Shown one piece after another: positions 11,888-20,185 of a stretch of DNA of 64,000 nt (the first letter of the stretch is position 1; every line of letters starts with the position of its first letter). The stretch comes from Vulcanimicrobiota bacterium. GTDB lineage: Bacteria; Vulcanimicrobiota; Vulcanimicrobiia; Vulcanimicrobiales; Vulcanimicrobiaceae. The position numbers and the translations under genes were made by a program. The notes beneath the pieces were generated by a model. That model saw nothing but the letters and a program-made list of their open reading frames with translations, ran no database searches and was not told the DNA's origin. The stretch spans positions 1 through 64,000 of the forward strand of contig CAWETW010000004.1 in NCBI GenBank assembly GCA_963812155.1, in the 5' to 3' direction.

Positions 11888-12889
11888 ATGCGACTTTCAA
11901 TTTCCGCACTTTACGTATTGATCGCCGTCCCGGCGTTGCTCACTGGCTGCGGGGGCGGACCATCGACGCCAACAGCGCTGCTCCAGCAGAACGAGTTACA
12001 TTCAGCGAAACACGCCTCGGGGCCGTGCCCGTGCCTCTACGTCGCAAACAATCAAGGTCAGAGCGTGACCGTATACGCATCCGGGGCGACGGGCAACGCG
12101 AAGCCGATCCAAACTATTGCAGGCAACAATACTTTCTTGGGCAGCCCCGAGGACGTTGCCGTGGATGCCGGCGGCAATATATACGTAGCCAATGCCGGCG
12201 GGAATTCCGTAACCGTCTATGCCGCCGGCGCGTCCGGCAACGTTGCCCCAATCCGGGCCATCACGGGCAGCAATACGGGACTCGACACTCCTTTCGGCAT
12301 CGCTCTCGATCCGCTAAACGGCGACATCTACGTAACAAACAACTCAAACAGCACCGTCACGGTCTACGCTCCAAGTGCGAATGGAAACGTCGCGCCGATC
12401 GCGACGATCGGCGGTGGGTCCACCGGACTCGCTTTCCCCGACAACGTCGCTTTGGATGTAAGCGGCAATATCTACGTTACCAACTTTTTCAACACCGTCA
12501 CAATCTACGCGGCGAATGCCAACGGTAACGTTCCACCGATGCGAACCATCGCCGGCACGCACACCAAGCTTTCCGACCCTTACGGAATTGCCGTGGATTC
12601 TACTTTTAAGATATACGTAGCGAACTACGCCGATCGCAGCGTAACCGTCTATGCCGCCGGCGCGAATGGTAACAAAAAACCGATCCAATCCATCAGCGGA
12701 CCCATGACGAAGCTGAAGGAGCCAATGGGCATCGCGATCGACGGCGCCGACAACATTTACACGGCGAACGAAACGTACAACTGGATCACCGTTTACACGG
12801 CGGGCTCGACCGGCAACGTTCCCCCGATGAACACCATTAAGGGCAAGAAAACAGGTCTCAACATCCCGCTGGGAATCGCCGTCCGCTAA
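11888..12889 (+). CDS. NHL-repeat lipoprotein
   Basis: Lipobox LTGC; about six ~48-aa repeats (PxGIAxDxxGNIYVxN...SVTVYAxGAxGNxxPIxTIxG). Confidence 0.85.
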   Translation: MRLSISALYVLIAVPALLTGCGGGPSTPTALLQQNELHSAKHASGPCPCLYVANNQGQSVTVYASGATGNAKPIQTIAGNNTFLGSPEDVAVDAGGNIYVANAGGNSVTVYAAGASGNVAPIRAITGSNTGLDTPFGIALDPLNGDIYVTNNSNSTVTVYAPSANGNVAPIATIGGGSTGLAFPDNVALDVSGNIYVTNFFNTVTIYAANANGNVPPMRTIAGTHTKLSDPYGIAVDSTFKIYVANYADRSVTVYAAGANGNKKPIQSISGPMTKLKEPMGIAIDGADNIYTANETYNWITVYTAGSTGNVPPMNTIKGKKTGLNIPLGIAVR

Positions 12890-13674
12890 CCCCCGCCCGG
12901 CACGTCAGTCGGGCACGAAATGCCCGTATTATCCAAGTCGAAGCTGACGACGAGGCCGGACCGCGGCGCTTCGGTGACCAGTCTCGCGACGTACGGCGGC
13001 CGCTTTACGATCCAAAACGTCATGAAGTTGTCGCCCTCGTCGGGATAATCGCGAGCATAAAAAGCTGCGCGGACGACGAGAGCGTCAAACGAACAGTTGC
13101 CGACGCGCAGCGCCTCATTTCGCAGCACCACGATAGGAACGAGTTGTACCCGTGCGTCGGTAGGACCGAAGGTCGTCAATGTCGTCGAATAGCCGACGGC
13201 GAGCGGAAGCCGGAGCAGCGCAAGGCCGAACTGACCGCTGTTGAAGTCATTATATTGCATCGGCAACCGCACCGTTTGCGTCGTTAGAACGCCACGGCTC
13301 TTTCCGAGCGAAGAGTAGTCCGTCACTTCGCCGGAGTTGAAGACGCGCCCAAATATGTCGCCTTCGGAAGTGTCGAACGTGTCCGACACGGCCGAGAAAT
13401 CCGATGTGTCGAAAAGGGATATCCACGTTCGGACGATGCCGTTACTCTGCGTGGAGACCTGCGTGCGCCGGTAGACTTGCCGGCCGCCGACCGCGACACG
13501 CTCGAGGCGATCTTGCCAACGAGACGTCGCAACGTGTTTCCCTTTGATCGCGACGTCGACCGAGTACACGTGCAAAAAAGGCTCCAATTGCGGTTCGGGT
13601 CCGGCGGCCCGCGCCGCAGTAGCCGGCGAAAGCGATAGCAGCACCAGAAACGCCACCGGTGCGAATCGATTCAT
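12886..13674 (-). CDS. Secreted hypothetical protein (possibly DUF3108-like)
   Basis: Signal peptide MNRFAPVAFLVLLSLSPATAARA; beta-rich sequence. Confidence 0.6.
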   Translation of the reverse strand: MNRFAPVAFLVLLSLSPATAARAAGPEPQLEPFLHVYSVDVAIKGKHVATSRWQDRLERVAVGGRQVYRRTQVSTQSNGIVRTWISLFDTSDFSAVSDTFDTSEGDIFGRVFNSGEVTDYSSLGKSRGVLTTQTVRLPMQYNDFNSGQFGLALLRLPLAVGYSTTLTTFGPTDARVQLVPIVVLRNEALRVGNCSFDALVVRAAFYARDYPDEGDNFMTFWIVKRPPYVARLVTEAPRSGLVVSFDLDNTGISCPTDVPGGG

Positions 13675-13876
13675 GTAAGAAGTATAGCCGAGAGTGCGGG
13701 CCCGAGTGTTCAGAAACAAATCAAAATGCGGCGGATCGCCGACGAGTGCTCGATCTGAGGTTTGAGGGGCTCGTCCTTCGCATGGCCGAACTATATCCTG
13801 GAAACCGAAGCTGCGCCCCATCTAAGGAAAGCCAGGATCGCCATGACAGTCTCTCGTCTCGGGCTTTGTTCTTCTT

Positions 13877-14512
13877 ATGTATGAGGGCCGCGAGGGAGCG
13901 GCTCCTGGAAAAGCCCGCACCATGCGCCGGCTACAAGTTCCGCATCTGCTTACACGATTTCCCGACCGCATAGTCTGGGCGAGCTTCACGTTTGTCACCG
14001 GGTTCGTCGCGATCGCGACCCTGTCGTTGCTTGCATTCATCTTAAAGGCGCCGTTCATCTTCCCGCCACTCGGTGCGACTGCTATTCTATTCCTTTACAG
14101 CCCGTCGCTTCCAACCGCAAGTCCCAAGAGCGCCATATGCGGGCATGGAATCGGTATTCTTTGTGGTTACGGTGCACTTCTGATTACGGGCTTGCAACAT
14201 ACGCAATCTGCGACCGTCGTTGGCGTTGACGGCGCGAGAGTTTTAGCAACTGGTCTTGCGCTGGCAACCACAGCAGCTTTGATGATTTTGCTGAAGGTCG
14301 TGCATCCGCCGGCAGGAGCAACGGCGCTCATGGTGTCGTTAGGAGTCGTTACAAATCCGTATCAACTACCGTTGCTGGAGGTTGCGGTTGGCATTCTCGC
14401 TCTGGAAGCTTTCGTCGCAAATCGAATCGCAGGCGTTGAATTCCCAATCTGGACGCCACGCGTCCCGATGACCGAGGAGGGAGCGAAGCTATTAGCCGAG
14501 CGTCTTCCATAA
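13877..14512 (+). CDS. HPP family membrane protein
   Basis: FPPLGATA and HPPAGATAL motifs; multiple TM helices. Confidence 0.85.
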   Translation: MYEGREGAAPGKARTMRRLQVPHLLTRFPDRIVWASFTFVTGFVAIATLSLLAFILKAPFIFPPLGATAILFLYSPSLPTASPKSAICGHGIGILCGYGALLITGLQHTQSATVVGVDGARVLATGLALATTAALMILLKVVHPPAGATALMVSLGVVTNPYQLPLLEVAVGILALEAFVANRIAGVEFPIWTPRVPMTEEGAKLLAERLP

Positions 14513-14540
14513 GGCCTTACGCCGGAATGGCTCACCGTAA

Positions 14541-15626
14541 CTATCGAACCGAAAAAAGCGCGTTCATTTCTGCGGTGTGGCCGGGGACGTGGCAGTGGAA
14601 GAGCCACAAGCCGACCGAGTCCGGAACCATGTCGGCGACGCGCATCGATCCCGGAAGGGGAAGCTCGATCATATCGGTTCGCATGCCGTTGACGAGCGCC
14701 GTGGCGCCGTGCCAGTGCAGCACGTGAAAGTCCAAGTCCGTTCCCATGCCGCCAAAAACATACCAGCGTACGTGCTCTCCGCGCCGCAATTGAATGATCG
14801 GCATGTTGCCGTAGATGAAGCCGTTGATTGACATCATCTGGTTGCTGGCTTGAAAAGCAATGCCTTCCGCTTTGGCTTTCGCCGCATCCTTCACGTAGCG
14901 CTGGACGTTCTGGTCGATGAACCAGCTGCCGTTCTCGTCGTCGAAGTCCAACGACACGATCACCTCGCGGTCTACGCCTTTGGGAAGTCCATTTGCTCGC
15001 AACTCTCCGCGGCGAGAAATGACTATCACGCCGGCGAGGCCGGATTCCACGTCTTCTACTTCGTCGACGTGTGAATGATACATCCACGCGATAGAGTTCG
15101 GATCCATCGGTCCCGGGCCGGCTCGCGGTGGAACCAACCAGGTATAGACGTACGTTGCCCCGGGAGCGACGGCATCGTCGTTACGATCGCGGCCTACGGT
15201 GGCATCGTTATATGGCGCTCCTTCATTTGCTTTTGTATAAAAGACGCCGTGAGGATGCATACTATACGGGTGCGTGCCGTGATTTCGGAAGACTACGCGA
15301 ATCGTGTCGCCTACTTCGGCGCGGATAACGGGACCCAAGTACCCGAGATACGCACCGGCGGCAAATCGCTGTTTGAGTCTCGTAAACGAACCGTCAGTGT
15401 ATTCGCGGTAGAGGGCCTTTTGATACGTTGTGCCGATGCGATCGGGAGCCGGCGAATCGATAGCTTTTCCATGGATCATATCGCGGCCCAAAGGCGCGTA
15501 ATCCCAGGGCAACTCGTCGGCGGCAATGTAGTAGGTTCGGACCGCCGCCATCGCCGGTTGCGGCACGAGCTGCACGGCACAGTAAATTGCAGCGGCGAGA
15601 AAGAGTAACCGCACGCGGCAATACAT
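14541..15626 (-). CDS. Two-domain multicopper oxidase, ceruloplasmin/hephaestin-like
   Basis: Signal peptide; Cu motifs MHPHG, WMYHSH, HVLHWHG, WLFHCHVPGHTAEM. Confidence 0.85.
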   Translation of the reverse strand: MYCRVRLLFLAAAIYCAVQLVPQPAMAAVRTYYIAADELPWDYAPLGRDMIHGKAIDSPAPDRIGTTYQKALYREYTDGSFTRLKQRFAAGAYLGYLGPVIRAEVGDTIRVVFRNHGTHPYSMHPHGVFYTKANEGAPYNDATVGRDRNDDAVAPGATYVYTWLVPPRAGPGPMDPNSIAWMYHSHVDEVEDVESGLAGVIVISRRGELRANGLPKGVDREVIVSLDFDDENGSWFIDQNVQRYVKDAAKAKAEGIAFQASNQMMSINGFIYGNMPIIQLRRGEHVRWYVFGGMGTDLDFHVLHWHGATALVNGMRTDMIELPLPGSMRVADMVPDSVGLWLFHCHVPGHTAEMNALFSVR

Positions 15627-15777
15627 TCCGCGAGCGGCTCCGACCATCCTACGCCGCGCGTTGGCTGCGCGAATGAAGGTCACGCCGGCGGCCAGGGGAA
15701 CATGTTAGGGCCCGCGCTTCATTCGCGGCCCATGATAAACAAAGCCCGTAGCGCCACACGACAAGGGACGGTTCACA

Positions 15778-15972
15778 ATGGAGCAGACCGGTACGCGTAA
15801 AGTCATCGATTGTCGAGAATTTCCGAGCGAGAGCCATTGCACGCTCACGATCGCCGGAACGGAAGCCGAAGTGCTAAAGGCAGCCGCCGAACATGCGGTG
15901 TCCAGCCACGGGCATACGTCGGGCCCCGAACTGGATAAAGCGCTGCGTTCGGCAATGCACGACCAAACCTAA
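15778..15972 (+). CDS. DUF1059 family small metal-binding protein
   Basis: IDCREFPSESHCTLTIAG..EVL..AAEHAVSSHGH pattern. Confidence 0.8.
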   Translation: MEQTGTRKVIDCREFPSESHCTLTIAGTEAEVLKAAAEHAVSSHGHTSGPELDKALRSAMHDQT

Positions 15973-16432
15973 GATCGGCGCCACGCTTAAGCTCAGCCTT
16001 CGGCCCGCGACTGAATCCGATCGGCCCTTCATTGAGGCCGCGTTTTTCGCCGAGCATCGTTGGATGATTGAAAAACTGGTCGGCTGGCGCGGCGACGACG
16101 TTGAACGGCAGCATTTCTATGAGTCGTTTACTCTTAGCGCGACCAGTATCATAAGCGCCGACGGCAACGACATAGGGTGGATGACGGTGGAACGGCACGC
16201 CGACTACGTCTATCTAAATGAGATTACTATCGTGGCGCCGTGGCAAAACAAAGGTATTGGGACAATGCTCTTAGGCGAGCTCATCGAGGAGGCGCGCGAT
16301 CGAGCAGTCTCGCTCAGGTTGAGCACGGCTAAGATAAATCCGGCTCGACGACTATATGAGCGTCTGGGATTTCACATCATCGGCGAACATTCGTTCAAAA
16401 TCGAGATGGAAATAGATAGCGTTCGAAAGTAG
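15893..16432 (+). CDS. GNAT N-acetyltransferase (start uncertain, probably near 15975)
   Basis: LRPAT; acetyl-CoA loop WQNKGIGT; NPARRLYERLGF. Confidence 0.8.
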   Translation: MRCPATGIRRAPNWIKRCVRQCTTKPKIGATLKLSLRPATESDRPFIEAAFFAEHRWMIEKLVGWRGDDVERQHFYESFTLSATSIISADGNDIGWMTVERHADYVYLNEITIVAPWQNKGIGTMLLGELIEEARDRAVSLRLSTAKINPARRLYERLGFHIIGEHSFKIEMEIDSVRK

Positions 16433-16516
16433 CCGTCGCGATGAGCGGCCATGCCTTTGAGCCGTGCGGTGCGCCGTGCAATTGAGGGGATTCCTGGCTA
16501 CGGCGCGCTGCTCTTC

Positions 16517-17005
16517 CTATGCTCGAACGCAGGTCGCCAACACGTCGTAGGGCTGCCCAGCCGACGAGCCGCGCGCGCGGACAGTCCATTTGTGGACATT
16601 GCCGATCGTATATACGTTGGTCGACTTCGACGTGGCGCCCCCGTTGTTTAGCGTTCCAACAAAGGACACGCCGTCGACGGACGTCTGGGACTCGGTTGCG
16701 CCGTTGGAGTCGGCGCTATCGGTCCAGTAGAGCTTGCGTTTCGCGTCGTAACCGAAGTACGCGTCTTCCGACGAATCTTTCGAGTAGAGGTGACCGTGTA
16801 AGGTGTTGGCCGGCAGCGCCGAGTATGCAGCGAAGTACTTCGCCGTGCCAAGCGTGCACGTCCATGGTGCGCCGAGCAAGTCGCGGTACATCGCCATCTT
16901 GCCGGTCAGCGTCTCGCCGCCCACAGCGGCCGCAGGTGCATATGCAAGCGCGAGCGTGCCGATCATCGCCGCTGCGCCGATACGCGCAAAAACGCACATT
17001 TTCAT
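16517..17005 (-). CDS. Secreted beta-rich protein, paralog A
   Basis: Signal peptide; WTCT, GYDAKRK, C-terminal TCVR. Confidence 0.7.
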   Translation of the reverse strand: MKMCVFARIGAAAMIGTLALAYAPAAAVGGETLTGKMAMYRDLLGAPWTCTLGTAKYFAAYSALPANTLHGHLYSKDSSEDAYFGYDAKRKLYWTDSADSNGATESQTSVDGVSFVGTLNNGGATSKSTNVYTIGNVHKWTVRARGSSAGQPYDVLATCVRA

Positions 17006-17101
17006 GGCCGTTTCTTAGCCGCGCTCGCTCCTGGCTCCGCTGGGTATTGAGGAGGATACGAAAGCAGGCGAGCGAATTATTACGTCAGGAGGAGTATTCG
17101 C

Positions 17102-17590
17102 ATGAAACCAATCGTTGTGATTTCTTTTGTCTTAGCAGCACTTGCGCCGATGAGCGCGCAATCCGCCACGGGAATGGCGGCGATGCAATATTATGTCGGC
17201 TCGTGGTCCTGCACGGGCGGTATGACCGGCGATCCCACGCACGCCACGTCCACGTACACGATGGATAACGGCATTCTTCGCCAGTTCGTGTCCGTCGCGC
17301 CCACTGCCAAGATGAAACATCCGTATTACATCGTGTTTGCGGTCTCATACGATGCCACGCATCAGCGCTACTTGCAAACGACACTGGATGGATTGGGAGG
17401 CTGGTCGGTGTCCAATGCAAAGGCCTTCACCGGAAACACCGAGCATTGGACCGACACTGCGTCGGACAGCGGCAAGCTTGGATGGGGTGAAGCGGTTCGC
17501 GTGAATCAAAACACGTCCACGTACACCGGCTACCCATCCATGTCGTCGAAGACAGCGAACTTCAAAGTCACCTGCACGCGCAATTCGTAA
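17102..17590 (+). CDS. Secreted beta-rich protein, paralog B
   Basis: SD GGAGGAG; signal peptide; WSCT, SYDATHQ, C-terminal TCTR. Confidence 0.75.
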   Translation: MKPIVVISFVLAALAPMSAQSATGMAAMQYYVGSWSCTGGMTGDPTHATSTYTMDNGILRQFVSVAPTAKMKHPYYIVFAVSYDATHQRYLQTTLDGLGGWSVSNAKAFTGNTEHWTDTASDSGKLGWGEAVRVNQNTSTYTGYPSMSSKTANFKVTCTRNS

Positions 17591-17613
17591 TCTTCGGTCA
17601 CCGATAATTAGGA

Positions 17614-17641
17614 TCGGGGAGGTGCCGCCGCGCTTCCCCGA
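17614..17641. terminator. GC-rich hairpin between convergent ORFs
   Basis: TCGGGGAGGTGC-CGCC-GCGCTTCCCCGA. Confidence 0.5.
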
Positions 17642-17657
17642 CGCATTCGACGCGCGG

Positions 17658-17861
17658 TTAGTCCTCGGACGCTTCTTCGCCCGCGTTTTCGTTCGCGGGA
17701 TTGTGCGCGCTCGTTGCCGGCGCATTCACATCGATCGGCAGCCCGAAGAACGTCCAGCCGACGAACCTACCCTCCGAGTCGTCGGCGGTCGCTTTTTGCC
17801 CTCTGCCGGACGGCTTCGTCCGTTCGTTGCGGTCATTCTCCGGCGACGCGCGGCGAGCCAA
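17658..17861 (-). CDS. Small hypothetical protein
   Basis: SD GGGAG upstream of TTG; followed by a hairpin. Confidence 0.4.
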   Translation of the reverse strand: MARRASPENDRNERTKPSGRGQKATADDSEGRFVGWTFFGLPIDVNAPATSAHNPANENAGEEASED

Positions 17862-17900
17862 ACTTATTTAACTCCCTAGACGTAACCGGTTATCAAGAGC

Positions 17901-18368
17901 TCAACCTTCCGCGACGCCCGGACGGCCCAGAAGAGTCATCACCGTCGCCGTCATCGTCGCGACCAGTATTGGATCGCCTGTTCCGCGACCAAACACTTCT
18001 CCCGCGCAAACCGTAATCGTCTTCCCGGGCTTGATGACGATGCCTCTCGCTAGGAACGTTTCGCCCTTTGCGGGCGCCAGGAGATTCACTTTGAACTCTA
18101 TCGTCAGGACCGAAGCTCCGGCCGGCATAAGGCTGAAGGCCGCATAGCCGCAGGCGCTATCTACAATCGTCGTTATGATGCCGGCGTGCAGAAAACCATG
18201 TTGTTGTGTAAGGTCCTCACGAAACGGAACGACGATTTCAACTTCACCAGGGGCAACCTTAGAAAGGTTCGCGCCGATGGATCTCATGACCGCTTGTCGC
18301 GCAAAGCTCGATCGAACGCGGTCTGCAAAGTCGTGAATGTGCGGCACGAAGACGCTCGTCGATTTCAA
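17901..18368 (-). CDS. PaaI family thioesterase
   Basis: QQHGFLHAG..TTIVDSACG; TIEFKVNLLAPA. Confidence 0.9.
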   Translation of the reverse strand: MKSTSVFVPHIHDFADRVRSSFARQAVMRSIGANLSKVAPGEVEIVVPFREDLTQQHGFLHAGIITTIVDSACGYAAFSLMPAGASVLTIEFKVNLLAPAKGETFLARGIVIKPGKTITVCAGEVFGRGTGDPILVATMTATVMTLLGRPGVAEG

Positions 18369-18522
18369 GACTCGAGATCGGTTGGCACGGACGCCGAACT
18401 CCTAACTACCATAAGTAAAAATAACAGGGATTTTCTCCCGACGCAAGGTGCGCTATTGATGCAAAAGCGATGGTTCAGGATGAAGCAGTACGGCCTCACG
18501 GTCGACGAAGAATCTGACGACG

Positions 18523-19236
18523 TTACGGCGCGGTAAAATACGTTTCGGGCTCGTCCGGCGGGAACGCGATCTCCTGCAGCTCTTCGACGACCCCTTCGGC
18601 GCCCGACGAGGCGGCGATGCGAACGATACTCCAAATCGGCGGCTTCCCGACGGGCGCGAAATCGTACGTAATCAACGCGGGCGAACGTTTGAAAGGCAGT
18701 TCGTACGTCAGCCGCACGACCTCATCGCTATCGAGCGCAATCCACAAATCGCGCAACGGATGCACGGCCGGATCCCTGAGGGGGCGCAGAATGAGGTGCG
18801 CCGTTTCTACGCCGTCGACCGTCTCGTTGCCGCCCGCGACGATGCGATAGGCGATGTCGACCGCCGTCACGGTCGCAATCGTCCGAAGCGGATCTTCGGC
18901 AAGGCCGGGCGGCGGCGTTGCTCGGGGTGCGGCCGATTGGGGCCATCGCCGATAGAATCCCAGAGGTGCGCCGGCCGGTCCCGTGATGTAGCCGCCGCGC
19001 ATGAGCGTGACGGGGGCGGCGCCGCCGGCCGCTACGGTTTCGGCGTACGTACGCCCGTCGGAGAGCCGCACGACGAACCTGACGTCGGTTCCCGGGGCGC
19101 AGCGTGCGTCGAGAAACGTCACCGCGCATGGCAAGACGAACGATTCGAAGCGCGGCGTTGCGCGAGCACTCCACGTCGCCTGCGCTTTGAGAAAGAGTTG
19201 CTGCGCCGTGGGCGCGCCGTCAATAGGCACCGGCAT
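18523..19236 (-). CDS. Hypothetical protein
   Basis: 237-aa ORF with genome-like codon usage. Confidence 0.6.
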   Translation of the reverse strand: MPVPIDGAPTAQQLFLKAQATWSARATPRFESFVLPCAVTFLDARCAPGTDVRFVVRLSDGRTYAETVAAGGAAPVTLMRGGYITGPAGAPLGFYRRWPQSAAPRATPPPGLAEDPLRTIATVTAVDIAYRIVAGGNETVDGVETAHLILRPLRDPAVHPLRDLWIALDSDEVVRLTYELPFKRSPALITYDFAPVGKPPIWSIVRIAASSGAEGVVEELQEIAFPPDEPETYFTAP

Positions 19237-19356
19237 CGGAATCGCGTTCGAGGATTTCCAGCCCGCGGATTGTGCACCCGCTTACCGCAAACCGGCGAGT
19301 CGCTGCGGCGCCGGACGGGTATAGGTGATGCACGCAAAATGACGAGGAATAAGCAA

Positions 19357-19635
19357 GTGAACAGATGGTTTCTAGGACTGATTCTTGCCGCCATCGCTGC
19401 GGGAAGCCTGACCGGCGTACGCGTGGGCGCGCAGCCCGTACCGCCGGCGACGCCGATGCCACCGACTACGCCAATGCCGCCGATGACGCCCATGCCGCCG
19501 ATGACGCCCATGCCGACGATGTCTCCGATGGGAACTCCCTCGTTGCAGCCTGGTCCTACCGGCTTACCGAGCCCGTCGGCCACGGCAACCATCGTTCCGG
19601 GCGATCGGCGCGACGCCGGCAAAGCCGGCGGCTAG
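19357..19635 (+). CDS. Secreted Pro/Met-rich small protein
   Basis: SD GAGGA before GTG; signal peptide ending VGA; TPMPPM repeats. Confidence 0.65.
   Translation: MNRWFLGLILAAIAAGSLTGVRVGAQPVPPATPMPPTTPMPPMTPMPPMTPMPTMSPMGTPSLQPGPTGLPSPSATATIVPGDRRDAGKAGG
19450..19530 (+). repeat. 18-bp coding tandem repeat (~4.5 copies)
   Basis: ACGCC(G/A/C)ATGCC..CG... units encoding TPMPPT/TPMPPM/TPMPPM/TPMPTM/SPM. Confidence 0.85.
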
Positions 19636-19868
19636 CGCATCCTGCGGTAAATCGTCGCTTCGTCGTCAAAGCGGCGCAACACGTTCTCGTGGGGCGTCAT
19701 CCGCACCGTTTCGCCGGAACCTAAGCAGAGAAAGCCCAGCACCAAGCTGTTGAGAAAGAGCGTGTGGGAGCGAAACTGCAGCGTGCGGTTTGAACTGCCG
19801 CAGTAACCCGCGAGCGACGATCATGTGAAACTCGTTCAGCGAGCCTTCGGTTACAACACTATGTTCCT

Positions 19869-20078
19869 GCCAACGCGATCGAACACGGCTATCGCGGCGT
19901 CGATCCCGGTCTCATACGCCTCGCGCTCGCGCGGGAAAACGATCAGCTGTTGCTCACCGTAGAAGACCGCGGCCATTGGCGACCCTTCGTACGCCGCGAC
20001 GATCGCGGCCGAGGGTTTCAGTTGATGCACGCGTTTATGGACGGCGTACAGATTCGGTCGTCGAGCAACTCGACGTGA
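19869..20078 (+). pseudogene. 5'-truncated HATPase_c (RsbW-like anti-sigma kinase) fragment
   Basis: Translates ANAIEHGY...LLLTVEDRG.WR...RGRGFQLMHAFMDGV; no plausible in-frame start or N-terminal part. Confidence 0.65.
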
Positions 20079-20185
20079 GTTCTCCTCAAGACGACGTTGT
20101 AGTCTTTATATCGAGCGACGGCGCAATAACGGAGCCGGCCCGGGCAGGCAAGCGGCCGTGGCTTCGTCGAAGACGTTTGCGTACA

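Noticed and set aside
12030..12889. Regular ~144-bp periodicity as a possible CRISPR or DNA repeat array
   Set aside because: These are degenerate NHL protein repeats inside one ORF, with no identical repeats or spacers.
17030..17070. Possible hammerhead ribozyme in the divergent spacer
   Set aside because: GAAA is present but the CUGAnGA core is absent.
12886..19236. Run of small unrelated genes as an integron cassette array
   Set aside because: Orientations are mixed, and I found no attC-like repeats or integrase.
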